This document shows positions 1 through 12,967 of a DNA stretch of 64,000 bases, in pieces (position 1 is the first letter of the stretch; each line of letters begins with the position of its first letter). The stretch lies in contig OZ024741.1 in the NCBI GenBank assembly GCA_964016885.1, forward strand, positions 53,134,001 through 53,198,000. Direction: 5' to 3'. The position numbers were made by a program, and so were the translations under genes. Source of the stretch: Eledone cirrhosa (Eukaryota). The notes beneath the pieces are model-generated. The model was not told the origin of the DNA. It searched no databases and was given only the letters and a program-made list of their open reading frames with translations.

Positions 1-385
1 GACGTCAATTTACATTCTGCGTTCAAATCCCACCGAGGTTACCTTTGCCTTTCATATTCAACGGAGTCGACAAAATAAAGTACCAGTAATGCAATGGGGT
101 CGAACGATTTTCCCTCCCACAAATGTTTGACCTTGTGCCTAAATCAGAAACTCTTGTGTCAGCCACGGGCGACGAATGGTCAGTATTGGTAGAACGTCAG
201 GCAAGGCAACATGATATGCGGCCAATATTTACGCCCCTTTACGTACTGATTTCAAATCCTGCTGAGGTTAGATTTGCCATTCACCCTTAAGGGTTCGATA
301 AAATAAATTACAAGTAACGCACTGGGGTCGATTTAATCAACTTTCCTCTCCCCGAAAATTGTTGACCTCGTACCTAAATCATACA
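1..385 (+). mobile_element. Two adjacent copies of a tRNA-derived SINE (octopus-type SINE family A)
   Basis: B-box-like GTTCAAATCC followed by the body 'gaggttaactttgcctttcatcc...ggggtcgataaaataaagtaccagt', which recurs about ten times in the window. Confidence 0.75.
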
Positions 386-789
386 GACACCCCCGTCTGT
401 ATACATCATATAGCAAGAGCAGCGTGAAATAAAGTGTCTTGCAACGCATTACCTCCCGATTGCAATCCTCATGCTTCAACCGCTAAACCAAGCACCTTCC
501 ACATCCATATACGTATATATTTATGTATCCATGTGTCGTTGTGTACATGCTTGTGAATTGTTGCATTCAAACTAATGATATCAATAGTAACCAATATTAA
601 ATTAAGGAGTATGATATAAATACCCTCGAAAATTAATCATTAATTAAAGGATTAATGACAAATTTCTGCATGTTTCGATATGCTGATTTGATCAAAAGAA
701 TGTGTGCGAATGTCAGCAGATCGAAGAAACCTTGTCCAGTTTGTCACAAATCTTAATATATATATCTATATATATTAAGTTAGCATATA

Positions 790-1499
790 AAGAGTACGAA
801 AATAGACCTAGAAGAAATAGATCCCGTCGCATTTGTTGGTATAACCCACCATATAATATGGAGGTGGTCACACCATTAGCTAAGATCTTTCTTTCCCTTA
901 TTAAGAAGCATTTTCACCCTACACATAAATATAGTAAATTTTTTAATAGAAATACTATTAAAATTTCTTACTCTACGACTCCTAACCTTCCACATAACAT
1001 CACAGCTTCAAATTTAGCTAAACTACCTAGCCGTAGGAACACGTGCATCCCTGTAGTTAGTACTAACTGTAATTGTAGGAATCGGGTTGATTGCCACCTA
1101 TCCGGGAAATGCCTCTCTAGTAACAAATGTAAGGTTGTAACACCCACGTTCCGTAGGGCCTACATAGGGTTAACCGCCAATAGATTCTAGCAGCGTCTTT
1201 ACACGTATACCCATTCTTTTCGTTACCCTCTAAGAAGGCATATGACGTCACTTTCAGCTTATATCTGGAGTCTAAAAGACAACCACACCCAAAATAAGTT
1301 ACACTGGGAGATCCTAGCTAATGCTAGATCGTATAACGGAAATAAAAGACCATGTGACCTCTGCGCCGCTGAGGCCCTGGAAATACTCTACGCCACAGAC
1401 CACATCTTAAACAAAAGATCTGAGGCAATTTCGGCTTGTAAACATAAATTGCACAAAATTTTCCTGTATTACAGCCCCACGTTATACCCTAACGAATAG
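790..1499 (+). pseudogene. Degenerate Penelope-like element (Neptune-type), RT-thumb/linker plus GIY-YIG endonuclease remnant
   Basis: WYNPPY..., KISYS..PN, CNCRNRVDCHLSGKC, AYIGLT..RF, TSLSAYIWSLKD, CDLC..EALEI, LNKRSE...CKH motifs; interrupted by a stop codon. Confidence 0.8.
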
Positions 1500-2059
1500 T
1501 ACGCTCTATACGTGGATATTTTACGTCTTGATGCGGGAGCTAAGTGTATGTTTTATTTTACCATTACTTATTTGCATAGGTAAGTTTATATTACCCGTAT
1601 GTTTCGTGGAGGTACGTATACCTTCTCGTACGTATATTTGATTGTTTATGTTATGGTGTATAATTTTTTTTTTTTTTATTCTTGTACATATGGTTTGGCT
1701 ATGTGTATGAGGGAGTTTTGCGTCTGTGTGAGTATGCAGGTTCGTACGTATGTAGGGTGTGTGTATATGTGTATTTCATGTTTTGGTTGACTTACGTCTC
1801 CGAACATTCGCGTATTTACATGTAGGTATCTGTGAGCGCTTGTTATATACGTATTTATTTACTTATATACGTTTATTTAATTATTTATTTATTTGTACAC
1901 AAGCATACACACACACACATATTTATATGTGGGTGGTTTTGTATACCTATGGTAAATGTTTTGCGTATGCTTTTGTATGTACGTATTTGTTTGCGTGTAT
2001 GTATTTACTTATTTATATTACTTCTGTATTGTATTTATTTACTTTGTTCTTAACTCTGT

Positions 2060-2941
<882 letters not shown>

Positions 2942-2944
<3 letters not shown>

Positions 2945-3457
2945 AATTGGTGCTCTGAAATAGAGATATATATATATGACTGCATATATAGTGTATTTTG
3001 CAATACACTGTAAGCGTAATTAAAAGCATTTCGAAGACCTTACGCTATTGTTTTAGAGTAGTGACAGTCTCACTTACTTTAAATTTTCAGCAAACAGCGG
3101 AGATAAAGCTGACAGAGCTCTGTTTCGTACTTTTTGGTACTTATCAAAGCTAACTACTGCACCTGTTTGCTGAAATCATGAATGTTTGATTCTTATAGAA
3201 TTCTAGTAATAATCAGGACCTGATTATACAGAGCGGTTGCCGGTCAAGCAGAAATTGAAAATTAGAATTGGTGCTCTGAAATAGCGATATATATATGAAT
3301 GTATATATAGTGTATTTTGCAATACACTGTATGCTTAATTAAAAGCATTTCGAAGACCTTACGCTATTTTAGAGTAATGATAGTCTTACTTACTTAACAT
3401 TTTCAGCAAACAGGGGAGATAAAGCTGACAGAACTCTGTTTCGTACTTTTTGGTACT
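2942..3457 (-). mobile_element. Retrozyme-like repeat, subfamily B (~321-bp unit, ~1.6 tandem copies)
   Basis: 'agaattggtgctctgaaatag' repeats at ~2943 and ~3264; shares 'gagcggttgccggtc...gctctgaaatagcgatata' with the 311-bp array; degenerate HHR at 3107-3151. Confidence 0.7.
3107..3151 (-). ncRNA. Degenerate type I hammerhead motif
   Basis: Reverse complement: agct-TTGATAA-gtac caaaaa gtac-GAAA-cagagctctg-TC-agct; the core differs from CUGAUGA at two positions. Confidence 0.6.
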
Positions 3458-3525
3458 GTGATTCACCTTGATTTTATGAAGGGGCACGGAAGGGAACCGC
3501 ATTTAAATAAGTTAATCAAGGTGAA

Positions 3526-3614
<89 letters not shown>

Positions 3615-3679
3615 GCAAGGAGTATAGAGTGCTCAACCGACATACCGCCTATGGACGCATCCAAGCAACCTTACTACAA

Positions 3680-3735
<56 letters not shown>

Positions 3736-4814
3736 TGTGTGTGTATATATATATGGAAAAGAATGAACGAAATTTCATTTCTCACTCTTAGTACGGCTGA
3801 TACGTAAATATAAGTATTTATACGTACATACATATATGTGTACAGACGTACATATATATATATGATTCACCTTGGTTTTCTGAAGGAGTACGGAAGGGAA
3901 CCGCATTTAGATCAGTTACAATATATCAATATATTGTGGAGAAGATACATATTTATTTTGTAAAAGAATCACTTCTACTGGAATAGAACTGTTTGATTCG
4001 TTTCAAATGATCAGGATTTCAATCGGTCGTATATCCATACCGTAAATGGAAGGTGTGAGTTTGAATTTCACGTGTAGCACTGTCCTCTTTTTCAGTCTCC
4101 AGGGCTTTACATATTCTTCTTGTTTTGGCTATTTTCTTAATTAGAAGCACCTGTGTTCAGCCATTTATGTACTTTAAATATGTCTTAACTTGGGGGCGGG
4201 GGGGTCGAAACGTACAGTTCTTGAATATAATTTCTTGAATATGATTTCTCAGATATATTTTATTGTAATAGTCCTCTACATCAAAATATTTACATAGTAC
4301 ACAATTAAACATGAACATAATAGCTCCCCCTATCCTAATCCCTACTCAACACTCACCATAATATGTGAGCAATTATGCAATTTTGTCTTTTCTTTTCGAG
4401 GGAAATTAGACATGCTAGTTGAAGTCGCTCTAAGGTTCAACACTGTGCGATGACAGAATGATGAAACTAGCGGAGTTAATGAGGATTTCTGTTGATAGAA
4501 ATCTATGTATGTAACTCTATTTTTCTCCTTCTTGTCCACGCATCATTTGTGTTGTAACAAGACATAACCTACATACCCACATATATATAACGACTGTCTT
4601 CTTCAAACGAGTGGTTGGTGAGGGACAGTAGAAAATAGAGACGTCAGTCAAAGAGTTGTTTAAGCGGAAATATGGATGGCGTCGGTAGTCAAGTTTAGGC
4701 GTTTGATTTATATTTGACTTGCGTTAAAGGTTAGCTTCGATTTTCTGAGTGTGTGTATTTTGCGTGTTACGGTAGACAACGGTTTTATTTTCATATGAAT
4801 AAACACACACACAC

Positions 4815-4957
<143 letters not shown>

Positions 4958-5665
4958 GATATATATAATATATATGATGGCTGCCCCCTCGTTATCGAGT
5001 ATGGCCATTGCATGATATACCATTATTAATAATTATTAATTAATTCTATCGTGCAATGCCTGTGCGTGAAGATATTTTTTAAAGTGAGGAAAGACTGTGC
5101 ACTGAGCCAATCCCACTCCCTGAGCGACAGTAGCTATAACCCGAAAAGAAGAAAAGATCAACATCGTCGGTAACTACTGAGCCGCACGTTTTATATCGGA
5201 GTTATCCCAGTTTCCTGAGTTGCCTTCTCCTAGAAGAATGCGCTGACAAAGACTAGGGGTCCTTCACTCCCAGTGGTTTAACCGCGCGGTACATGTCTAT
5301 ATACATATTTACACACTTTTGGATGGCGTTGACTCTTATAAGTTATTCCGCTCTTTGTCAGGTTTTGTTTTTTGTCCTGCAGGGTGTCCAAAATCACCCT
5401 CCTCACCAAGTAAACTTGGTGGGGTTGCCGGTTTAGTCGCCGACGACCCGACCATGCGACAGGTTGTACTGGGTCACATGTTACCAGTAGCACTCAAGAG
5501 TGACCCGACATATATATATATATGCATACATACATGACGTTAATCTGAAAGTCTAATCCTGTTATATGAGAAATATAAACAGCTTTATAAATTTCCTTTT
5601 GATGTGACATCATTTTACTAGACAATTTCTGACAACCGCTGTTTAAGAATATAAATTTCACTAGG

Positions 5666-5754
<89 letters not shown>

Positions 5755-6129
5755 TAACTACGCGCGCTTCTATTAAACAAAAAAGTACAAATTAATACTG
5801 GGAAAATAATACGAAACAATATAGATAGAAGATAAGACCACATAACGTTTAGCTTATAGCTAAGAATATATTACTAGAATATTTTCAGTGAATGGGCTGT
5901 TTCTGTGTTTCGGTACATGATTTTGTGGCTAGAGAGTTGTCAGAGATGCTCTTAAAGGAATGTCTATGTTTATAGTTGAGTGGTACTTTGGTTTTATTGC
6001 CGTTAGATATAAAAAGAAAACTAGATTCAAGTAAAAGTGTGGAAAAAATGACAGGAGCGTTGCCATTGATAATTCATATACTACAGTAAATTTTAACTTC
6101 TCACAAATGCTTCAAAATTCAGTTTGTCT

Positions 6130-6860
6130 GATCAACGAGCTATGAATCGATGCAGATCACAATCTCGAAGCAGCATCGATACCGATTGGCACCGGTACCA
6201 TCACTGCATACTGATATTCAACCATATAGAAACCTTTGAATTGATACAAGCAGCGCAAACTTTACTTATTCCCAGCCATCTCTGCAATGTATCGCAAGAC
6301 GTAGAGGCTGTTGTGGTTAGATCTTTGCTAGAATCATGTACGTTTGTTCACTTCGACTAAACCCGTAACATCAGCACTTACCTTTGATTGAGCACATCTT
6401 AAACACTTCGTTCAGCAACTTTATAGGCTATAAATTGCTGATGTCCTTACTTTCAACATTCTTTATCAGCCCCACTTCTCTCTTCATGTGTTGCCCATTC
6501 GGATAGATTTCTGTTAAGTGATACGAACAAATCTGGAAGATATCCATAAAAAATGTATGGTAGAGCATCCAATCTAGTTTGTTCTCTCACGTCGTCATTC
6601 ACTGCTAGATGTATGTCAGTTTCCATTATCAGTTTTCACGACATTCTAAGAAAAATAGTCGATTCGTACCTTTCAGACCTGAATAAATTTAACCTTCTCG
6701 CGTGTCAAACACACCATATTAGTTACCCACTACAGCTAAACGTTCACAACAAAATGTGTGCGTCAGCCCGGGGCTATAACCTTTCATTGTCTTCGCTGCT
6801 CTTCACGTCCAGAACTAGCGAGCGATCATCAGCTTCAATAATGATCGCCTGTTCAACGTA
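6130..6860 (-). pseudogene. Old, heavily decayed Tx1/L1-like RT fragment
   Basis: Minus-strand translation gives GLDALPY.F, DISNL*PIKLLNEVFK and LYVLRYIAEM, matching DNFRPITLLN..FKILAK and NLHPMRYIIER of the 22-27 kb element. Confidence 0.5.
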
Positions 6861-7170
6861 ATCCAGACAACTATGAAAATAATAACCAAAAATATTGCTC
6901 AAAGTTATCTATTCCAGCCATTGTTTCTATTTTTCTTTCGTTTCTCTATACCACATTCACATTCTGTAAACGTTTCAGCTTTTTCTCCACATTTTATCTA
7001 TCATCATCAGCCATTTGTCTACCAGCACCAACCCTCCCAGTTTTATCATATTTGGTAATGTGTCCGGAAATATTATTGTCAAATGAAGCGATTGAAGTCA
7101 TTGGTAAATTTAGGAGTGGCGTGCGTGATAATATCTTTTATGTTCGTATGCTCTTTCTTTCTCTTTTTTG

Positions 7171-7203
<33 letters not shown>

Positions 7204-7230
7204 TTCTCTTTCTCTCTGTCTCTCTGTAAC

Positions 7231-7360
<130 letters not shown>

Positions 7361-7465
7361 GTATATATATGTATGTATATTATATATATATGTGTCTATA
7401 TTATATATATATATATGTGTGTGTGTGCGTGTGTGTGTGTAATATATACATATATATATGTATTA

Positions 7466-7610
7466 ATAATAGTAATAATAATAATAATAATGATTTCTTT
7501 ATTGACCACAAGGGGTGATATCAAGAAAAGCATTACAGACGGCACAGGGCGGTACGATGTGGGTTTGGTGCGTGTAAAGATTTTTTATTATTTAACTACG
7601 GCGGAGTAAA
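7466..7610 (-). mobile_element. Tx1-like 3' end with (ATT)n tail, inverted
   Basis: 'atgatttctttattgaccacaaggg' is the reverse complement of the 3' end at ~22375-22402. Confidence 0.5.
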
Positions 7611-7639
7611 TTGGTTGAATTTTTTATGAATTATCGAAA

Positions 7640-10600
7640 GTTCTAATCATATTTTTTACATCGATGTGGAGTTAAAGAACCTCTCTGTCGAAGGAGGTAG
7701 ATTTTTAAATGTATCTCGCGCCCTTCAGGGATAAATTTGCTTTTATTTACAATCATAACCCCAAAATAAAAAAAAAATAAACATGGCGGACAAAGAAAAT
7801 TGTCCACAGGGAGGAACAGCGTGTTGTTCAGAGGGTGGAACAGCCATTTCCACCCAATCACAAGGCAAAGTAAAAAACAAGAGAAACAGCAGCAGCAGCG
7901 TTACAGAAATCAAACACCACAACAATAACAACAGCAACAACCACAAAGAACCCAAAGAACAACAACTATAACAGCAGCAACACAGAGGAAAAAGAAACAA
8001 ACAAAAACATCGACCACGGCAACAAAGACAAAACTAGTAAGGTGTCAACACAAATCAAAACAAACACATCTTTCGCGAAAGCGACCAACAAGTTTGAGCA
8101 AATACACATCACTAACGAAGAGATAAAGCAACCAAAGGTCTTGGTAAAAAAAAACCGGACACAGAGTAAGTCTCACCCGCCCAGCTGAGATAATAAGAAA
8201 CAAACTTTTGTGTGGTCAGTTATCGCACGATCGGATCAAAATTCAGGCGAGTTGAACAGGAACGGAGTCACAGATCCAAAGAGCTATGGGCGCCACCTGG
8301 GCACTGAAAACATATATAGCCCGTGGATCGTGATATGGCACTGTGGATGTGCTCTTCGCTACACCAGAGGAAGCCAGAGCACACTCCCTTGCTCCATTGC
8401 GCAGTGACGAAATCACAATGATGCCCACATATTGCGGCCAGAGAGTTGTGAGGGTTTGAGTGGGCCAGGTTCCACTCTCAGTAGAGATGGCGTGGTGGAC
8501 GTCAGCCGTCCTCGCTGACGTTGAGGATTCAACAACCATACTCAACGTCATACGAATAAGACAGGAAATTGTGACAGGGTCTGGGATCGAGCTAATCATC
8601 CAAGCAAACCACGAAAGCGTTGAGGCCATCCCCGATGTAATAGACCTGGACGACGGCAGCCATCTACCCGTGACTGTCGAAGATAGGCGCCCAAGGTGTC
8701 ATGGATGCGGTGAAAAGACGCACCTTAAGGCATTCTGCCCCCAAATTACCAAAACAGGCACGCGCCCACCCCTTCTCCCCAGGCCGTTCCCCGCAACAGG
8801 AGCAGACAAAAAAACAAAGAACACAGTGGCAGAAGAGAAATCACCATCCCCAACAACAAAAATACCATCACTTCCACCACCCACAAAACCAATGGGAAGC
8901 ATACCCATTCCTGATATAGCCAAATAGGACAAGGAGTGCGATGAGGCCGAAGAGTGGAGAACTATTCCAACAAAAAAAGGAAGAACTCCCTACGCTGTGT
9001 TGTTGACTTAGATAGGCTTCATAGACAAAGACCCGGCTACTGGAAGCTAAACGCGTCATTATCAGCACGCAAGGCCTACAGAGACCGGATTAGCGAACTA
9101 GTTAAGCGGGCGTTGACGGGGGCCATCGTCAACAACAAGTGGTGGTTTGCTCTGAAAAGAGCGATTAGAACAGAATCCATTAGGTTAAGTAAGGCTTTAG
9201 CAATAGAGAAAAATAAAACAGAGGGAGAACTAGTTAGACAATTAGACGAGGCGCTTAGTAAAGGCATCGCGACCGACGTAATTGCGGCGAAATTGGCCCA
9301 TGACAAGAGCAATGATCAACCAGGAAAAGTCAGTGGGCCTGAAGCTCGGCACCTGGAGAGGCAGGTCCATGCCGTCCAACAGCGTCGTCGGGCGCTGGAC
9401 GGACGGACCGGTTAAATTGCTAGGGGTCTGGTTCGGTACGGACCTCTAGACGGAGAAAAACTGGGACGATGTGACGAGCAGGGTGGCTTCTCTCACCCAG
9501 AAATGTGCGGAGAGGAAGCTATCTCTGAAAGGTCGAGCGGAGGTGGTTAACGCGTACATCGCGTCCGTCATCTACTACCGCCTGACCGTCGTGCCTTGTC
9601 CTACGCCTCGCCTGACTGCGCTGGAGCGTTTGCTCTTTCGCTTTTTGTGGAAGGGACGCGCTCCGATGGTCAGGCGGTCCATCTGCTGTCAACATCCGCT
9701 ACGTGGAGGGCTGATCATGCCGTGGCTGATGATGCGCAAACACGCGCTCAGGCTACGACATCTCCACCTTTTCCTCGACGGTGATCAGATGTGGTCACCG
9801 TTTGCTAGACGCGTCTTTCCCTAGCTCGTCTCCTTGACGGAGCGGCAGTCCAGAGTCAAGCGAAGACAGAGAGGGACCGCTTGGAGACTGGAATGTCTTC
9901 AGGCACTCACAGCCCTCGACCAATCGGGCAATGTGATCGGTGGAAACTCCACCTTGGCGTTCTATAGAGGATTAGTGGAGGGGAAGAGCGACGACGTACT
10001 TGGGGAAACTCTAGGCATGACGAAAATCAAGAAGCCAATCTCTTCGGAAGAATTTTCGGGCCGGGGCTTATGGACAACTTCCAGAAATCCCTGGCCTGGC
10101 AGTGCTACCGAGGATCTTTCCCAGTTCGGGATAAACTCTACAGGCATGGAGGTGCCGTCAGCCGGGCATGTCCGAGATGCGCGCAGGGCGACGAAACCGT
10201 CCTGCACGCACTCGACCAGTGTCCGAGCATTGCTGACTTGTGGGTTTATGTAGAACACCTGCTGTCGCGTGTAGGACGGATCCAGCTATCAGCTGAGTCC
10301 ATCGTGAGGATTGCCCCGCACTCTTCCTTTAGCCAGGAAGGGCAGGCAATTTTTATCTGTCTGGTGGCCATGGCGAAAGAGATAGTATGGTGGACACGTT
10401 TGAAAGGGCTGAAGACGAGCACTTACTTCATTTGAAAAGAAAAATCAGGGTAGAGAGGGAAGTGCTCTCTTCCCAGCATTTTGTTGAAAGATGGGTGAGA
10501 GAGGCAAGAATGGCCCGAGTGAATGGCTCTGAGTATGTGTCTGTAAATTAAAGGTGGCAAACTGGGAGAGGGCACTTGCCCTGTTGGTCAGGGTCACTGT

Positions 10601-10800
10601 GACTTTTTAATGGGCTTTCTCCACGAATGTGCCTCGGAAGTCTCCCCCTATTGGGCAATTTTTCATTGTTTTTTTTTGTTACATCCTCTACTTTTGTTTT
10701 TTACACGCAGAAATGCTCATTTGTACCGTCCTGTATTGTCCTGTACTGTCCTTAATGTCTACTTTATGTAAACCCTTCTGGTTAATAAAGAAAGGATTAT
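7640..10800 (+). mobile_element. Tx1/L1-clade non-LTR element, internally deleted (lacks APE and RT core)
   Basis: Low-complexity ORF1 start at 7783; zinc knuckle CHGCGEKTHLKAFC; PGYWKLN; LSLKGRAEVVN; C-terminal CPRC...ETVLHALDQC; colinear with 22426-27053 except for two large deletions. Confidence 0.8.
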
Positions 10801-10862
10801 TTATATAAGAAAAGAAAAAAAAGGACATAGAAACATATATATATATATATATAAATATAAAC

Positions 10863-10905
<43 letters not shown>

Positions 10906-10907
<2 letters not shown>

Positions 10908-12931
10908 GACCTATCACATGTCTGCCCGTAATGTGGAAACTGTTGACGAGCATTGTGTCTGAGGAAATCTACCATCACCTCCACACAAACAACTTGTTAC
11001 CGGACGAACAGAAAGGATGCCGAAAGAAGTCACGTGGTACAAAGGACCAGTTGCTTATTGATAAGATGGTAATGGGGAATTGCAGGAGGAGACACACTGA
11101 TCTCGCCATGGGATGGATAGACTACAGAAAGGCATTTGACATGGTGCCTCATTCCTGGATCACCAAAAGCCTGGAGGTCTTCAGGGTGGCAGATAACATC
11201 AGACAGTTGCTGGGCAGGAGTATGGGGTCCTGGGAGACAGAGTTGACATCAACTGGAGTATCCTTGGGAAGCGTGAAGATCAAGAGAGGTATCTTCCAGG
11301 GAGATAGCCTGTCCCCTCTGTTGTTTGTCCTTGCCCTGATGCCCTTGACCATTATGCTGCGAAAAGTGAGAGCAGGATACAAGTTGGGAAGGGGAGAGCT
11401 TACCACCAATCACCTCCTCTTCATGGACGATCTTAAGCTCTTCGGGAAAAGTGAGAAGGAGTTGGATGGGCTTGTTGACACTGTCCGTATTTTCAGCAGT
11501 GATATATGTATGCAGTTTGGTATTGGTAAATGTGGAGTCATTGTGATGAAGAGGGGTAGGTTGAGCAGAAGTAACGGGATCCAGCTACCAACAGGTGAGA
11601 TGATAAAGGAAATTGACTCTGAGGAAGGATACAAGTATTTGGGCGTTCTGGAGGCTGATGGCATAAAGAACAAAAAAATGAAGGAATTGTTAAGAACTGA
11701 ATACATTCGAAGAGTAAGGAGCGTATTGAAGTCACATCTGAACAGCAGAAATGCCATAAGCGCAGTAAATTCCCGAGCTGTGTCTATTATTAGGTACAGT
11801 GCGGGAATTCTGAGATGGAATGTTGCTGAACAAAAAGAAATGGATAGGAAGACTAGGAAGCTATTGACTATCTACAACATGTTCCACAAGAGGAGTGATG
11901 TCGATAGACTCTACCTAAGGAGATCTGAGGGTGGAAGAGGTCTTATCAGCATAGAGGACTGTGTTCAGATGGAGAAAAACAACCTATACAAATACGTGAC
12001 CTATAGTAAGGAGCCAATGCTCAGAACTGTACTGAAGGAGGGGACAGTAGGCCAGGGGATGTCCAAGGAGGAAATAACATCAAGGAGGAAGAGCAGCCTT
12101 AAGGGAAAATCCCTTCATAGTACCTTCTTTGAGAAAACTGAATTTAGAGATCCACAGACATGGAACTGGTTGAGAAGAGGAGACCTCAAAAAGGCTACAG
12201 AAGGAATGCTAATGGATGCGCAGGAGCAGGCCCTCAAAACGAAGTGGTTGAAGTACCATATCTACAAGGAGGAGGCTAGCCCACTGTGCAGGATCTGTGG
12301 AGAGAGAGAGGAGACTGTGGCTCACATTGTGTCCGAGTGTAAACACCTAGCCCAGACCCACTATAAGGGCTGGAGACACGATGTGATGGGCAGGGTGATC
12401 CACTGGCACCTGTACAAAGTAAACAATCTACCACATTCTGAGAAATGGTATGAGCATAGGCCAGAGGCGGTGATGGAGAACAGTCAGGTGAAGGTGCTGT
12501 GGGATTTTAGGATACAGACGGACAAAAAACTGGAACACAATAGACCTGACCTGGTGGTTGTGGACAAAGAAAAAAGATCGTGCCTGATTGTGGATGTGGC
12601 CTGCCCGTTCGACACGAGAGTGCAAGAGAAGGAGAGGGAGAAAATTAACCGATACCAGGACCTAAAGTGGGAGGTGAAAAGGATCTGGAACTGCCATGAA
12701 GTCAAAGTGATCCCGATTGTCATAGGCGCACTGGGGACTATCTCCAAAGGTTTCCAGGGATGGTTAAAGAAAATCGGCCCCTTCACGCTTTTTGGAACGC
12801 TTCAAAAGGCATGCTTGCTTGGAACAGCAAGAACCCTCCGATACGTCCTGAATATCTGAGGCTGCAGGTAGTGGCTTGATATTCAATCCAACGGACTTTC
12901 CAGTTAACCAACATCAATGACTGAGATTCAA
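10906..12931 (+). mobile_element. R4/Dong-type RLE non-LTR retrotransposon, copy 1 (5'-truncated)
   Basis: Starts directly after (AAT)n; ends 'gagattcaagg' plus (AAT)n; near-identical to copies 2 and 3. Confidence 0.9.
10931..12859 (+). CDS. Reverse transcriptase + CCHC zinc knuckle + restriction-like endonuclease (uninterrupted 642 aa, N-truncated)
   Basis: [35 protein letters not shown]; [18 protein letters not shown]; RPDLVVVD...VDVACP...EKINRYQDL. Confidence 0.9.
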   Translation: MWKLLTSIVSEEIYHHLHTNNLLPDEQKGCRKKSRGTKDQLLIDKMVMGNCRRRHTDLAMGWIDYRKAFDMVPHSWITKSLEVFRVADNIRQLLGRSMGSWETELTSTGVSLGSVKIKRGIFQGDSLSPLLFVLALMPLTIMLRKVRAGYKLGRGELTTNHLLFMDDLKLFGKSEKELDGLVDTVRIFSSDICMQFGIGKCGVIVMKRGRLSRSNGIQLPTGEMIKEIDSEEGYKYLGVLEADGIKNKKMKELLRTEYIRRVRSVLKSHLNSRNAISAVNSRAVSIIRYSAGILRWNVAEQKEMDRKTRKLLTIYNMFHKRSDVDRLYLRRSEGGRGLISIEDCVQMEKNNLYKYVTYSKEPMLRTVLKEGTVGQGMSKEEITSRRKSSLKGKSLHSTFFEKTEFRDPQTWNWLRRGDLKKATEGMLMDAQEQALKTKWLKYHIYKEEASPLCRICGEREETVAHIVSECKHLAQTHYKGWRHDVMGRVIHWHLYKVNNLPHSEKWYEHRPEAVMENSQVKVLWDFRIQTDKKLEHNRPDLVVVDKEKRSCLIVDVACPFDTRVQEKEREKINRYQDLKWEVKRIWNCHEVKVIPIVIGALGTISKGFQGWLKKIGPFTLFGTLQKACLLGTARTLRYVLNI

Positions 12932-12967
12932 GGAATAACAATAACAATAATAATAATAATAATAATA

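Noticed and set aside
660-735. Possible minus-strand HHR (GAAA-catg-CA with a long tgctga/tcagca stem)
   Set aside because: No CUGANGA core and no UH cleavage site
3458-3910. Repeat 'gattcaccttg...ctgaagga...' (two copies, one palindromic) as an HHR
   Set aside because: No GAAA/stem III; only a short unclassified repeat
5100-5510. Possible RTE 5' UTR or SINE remnant
   Set aside because: Looks repeat-like but is single-copy here with no diagnostic motif I can support
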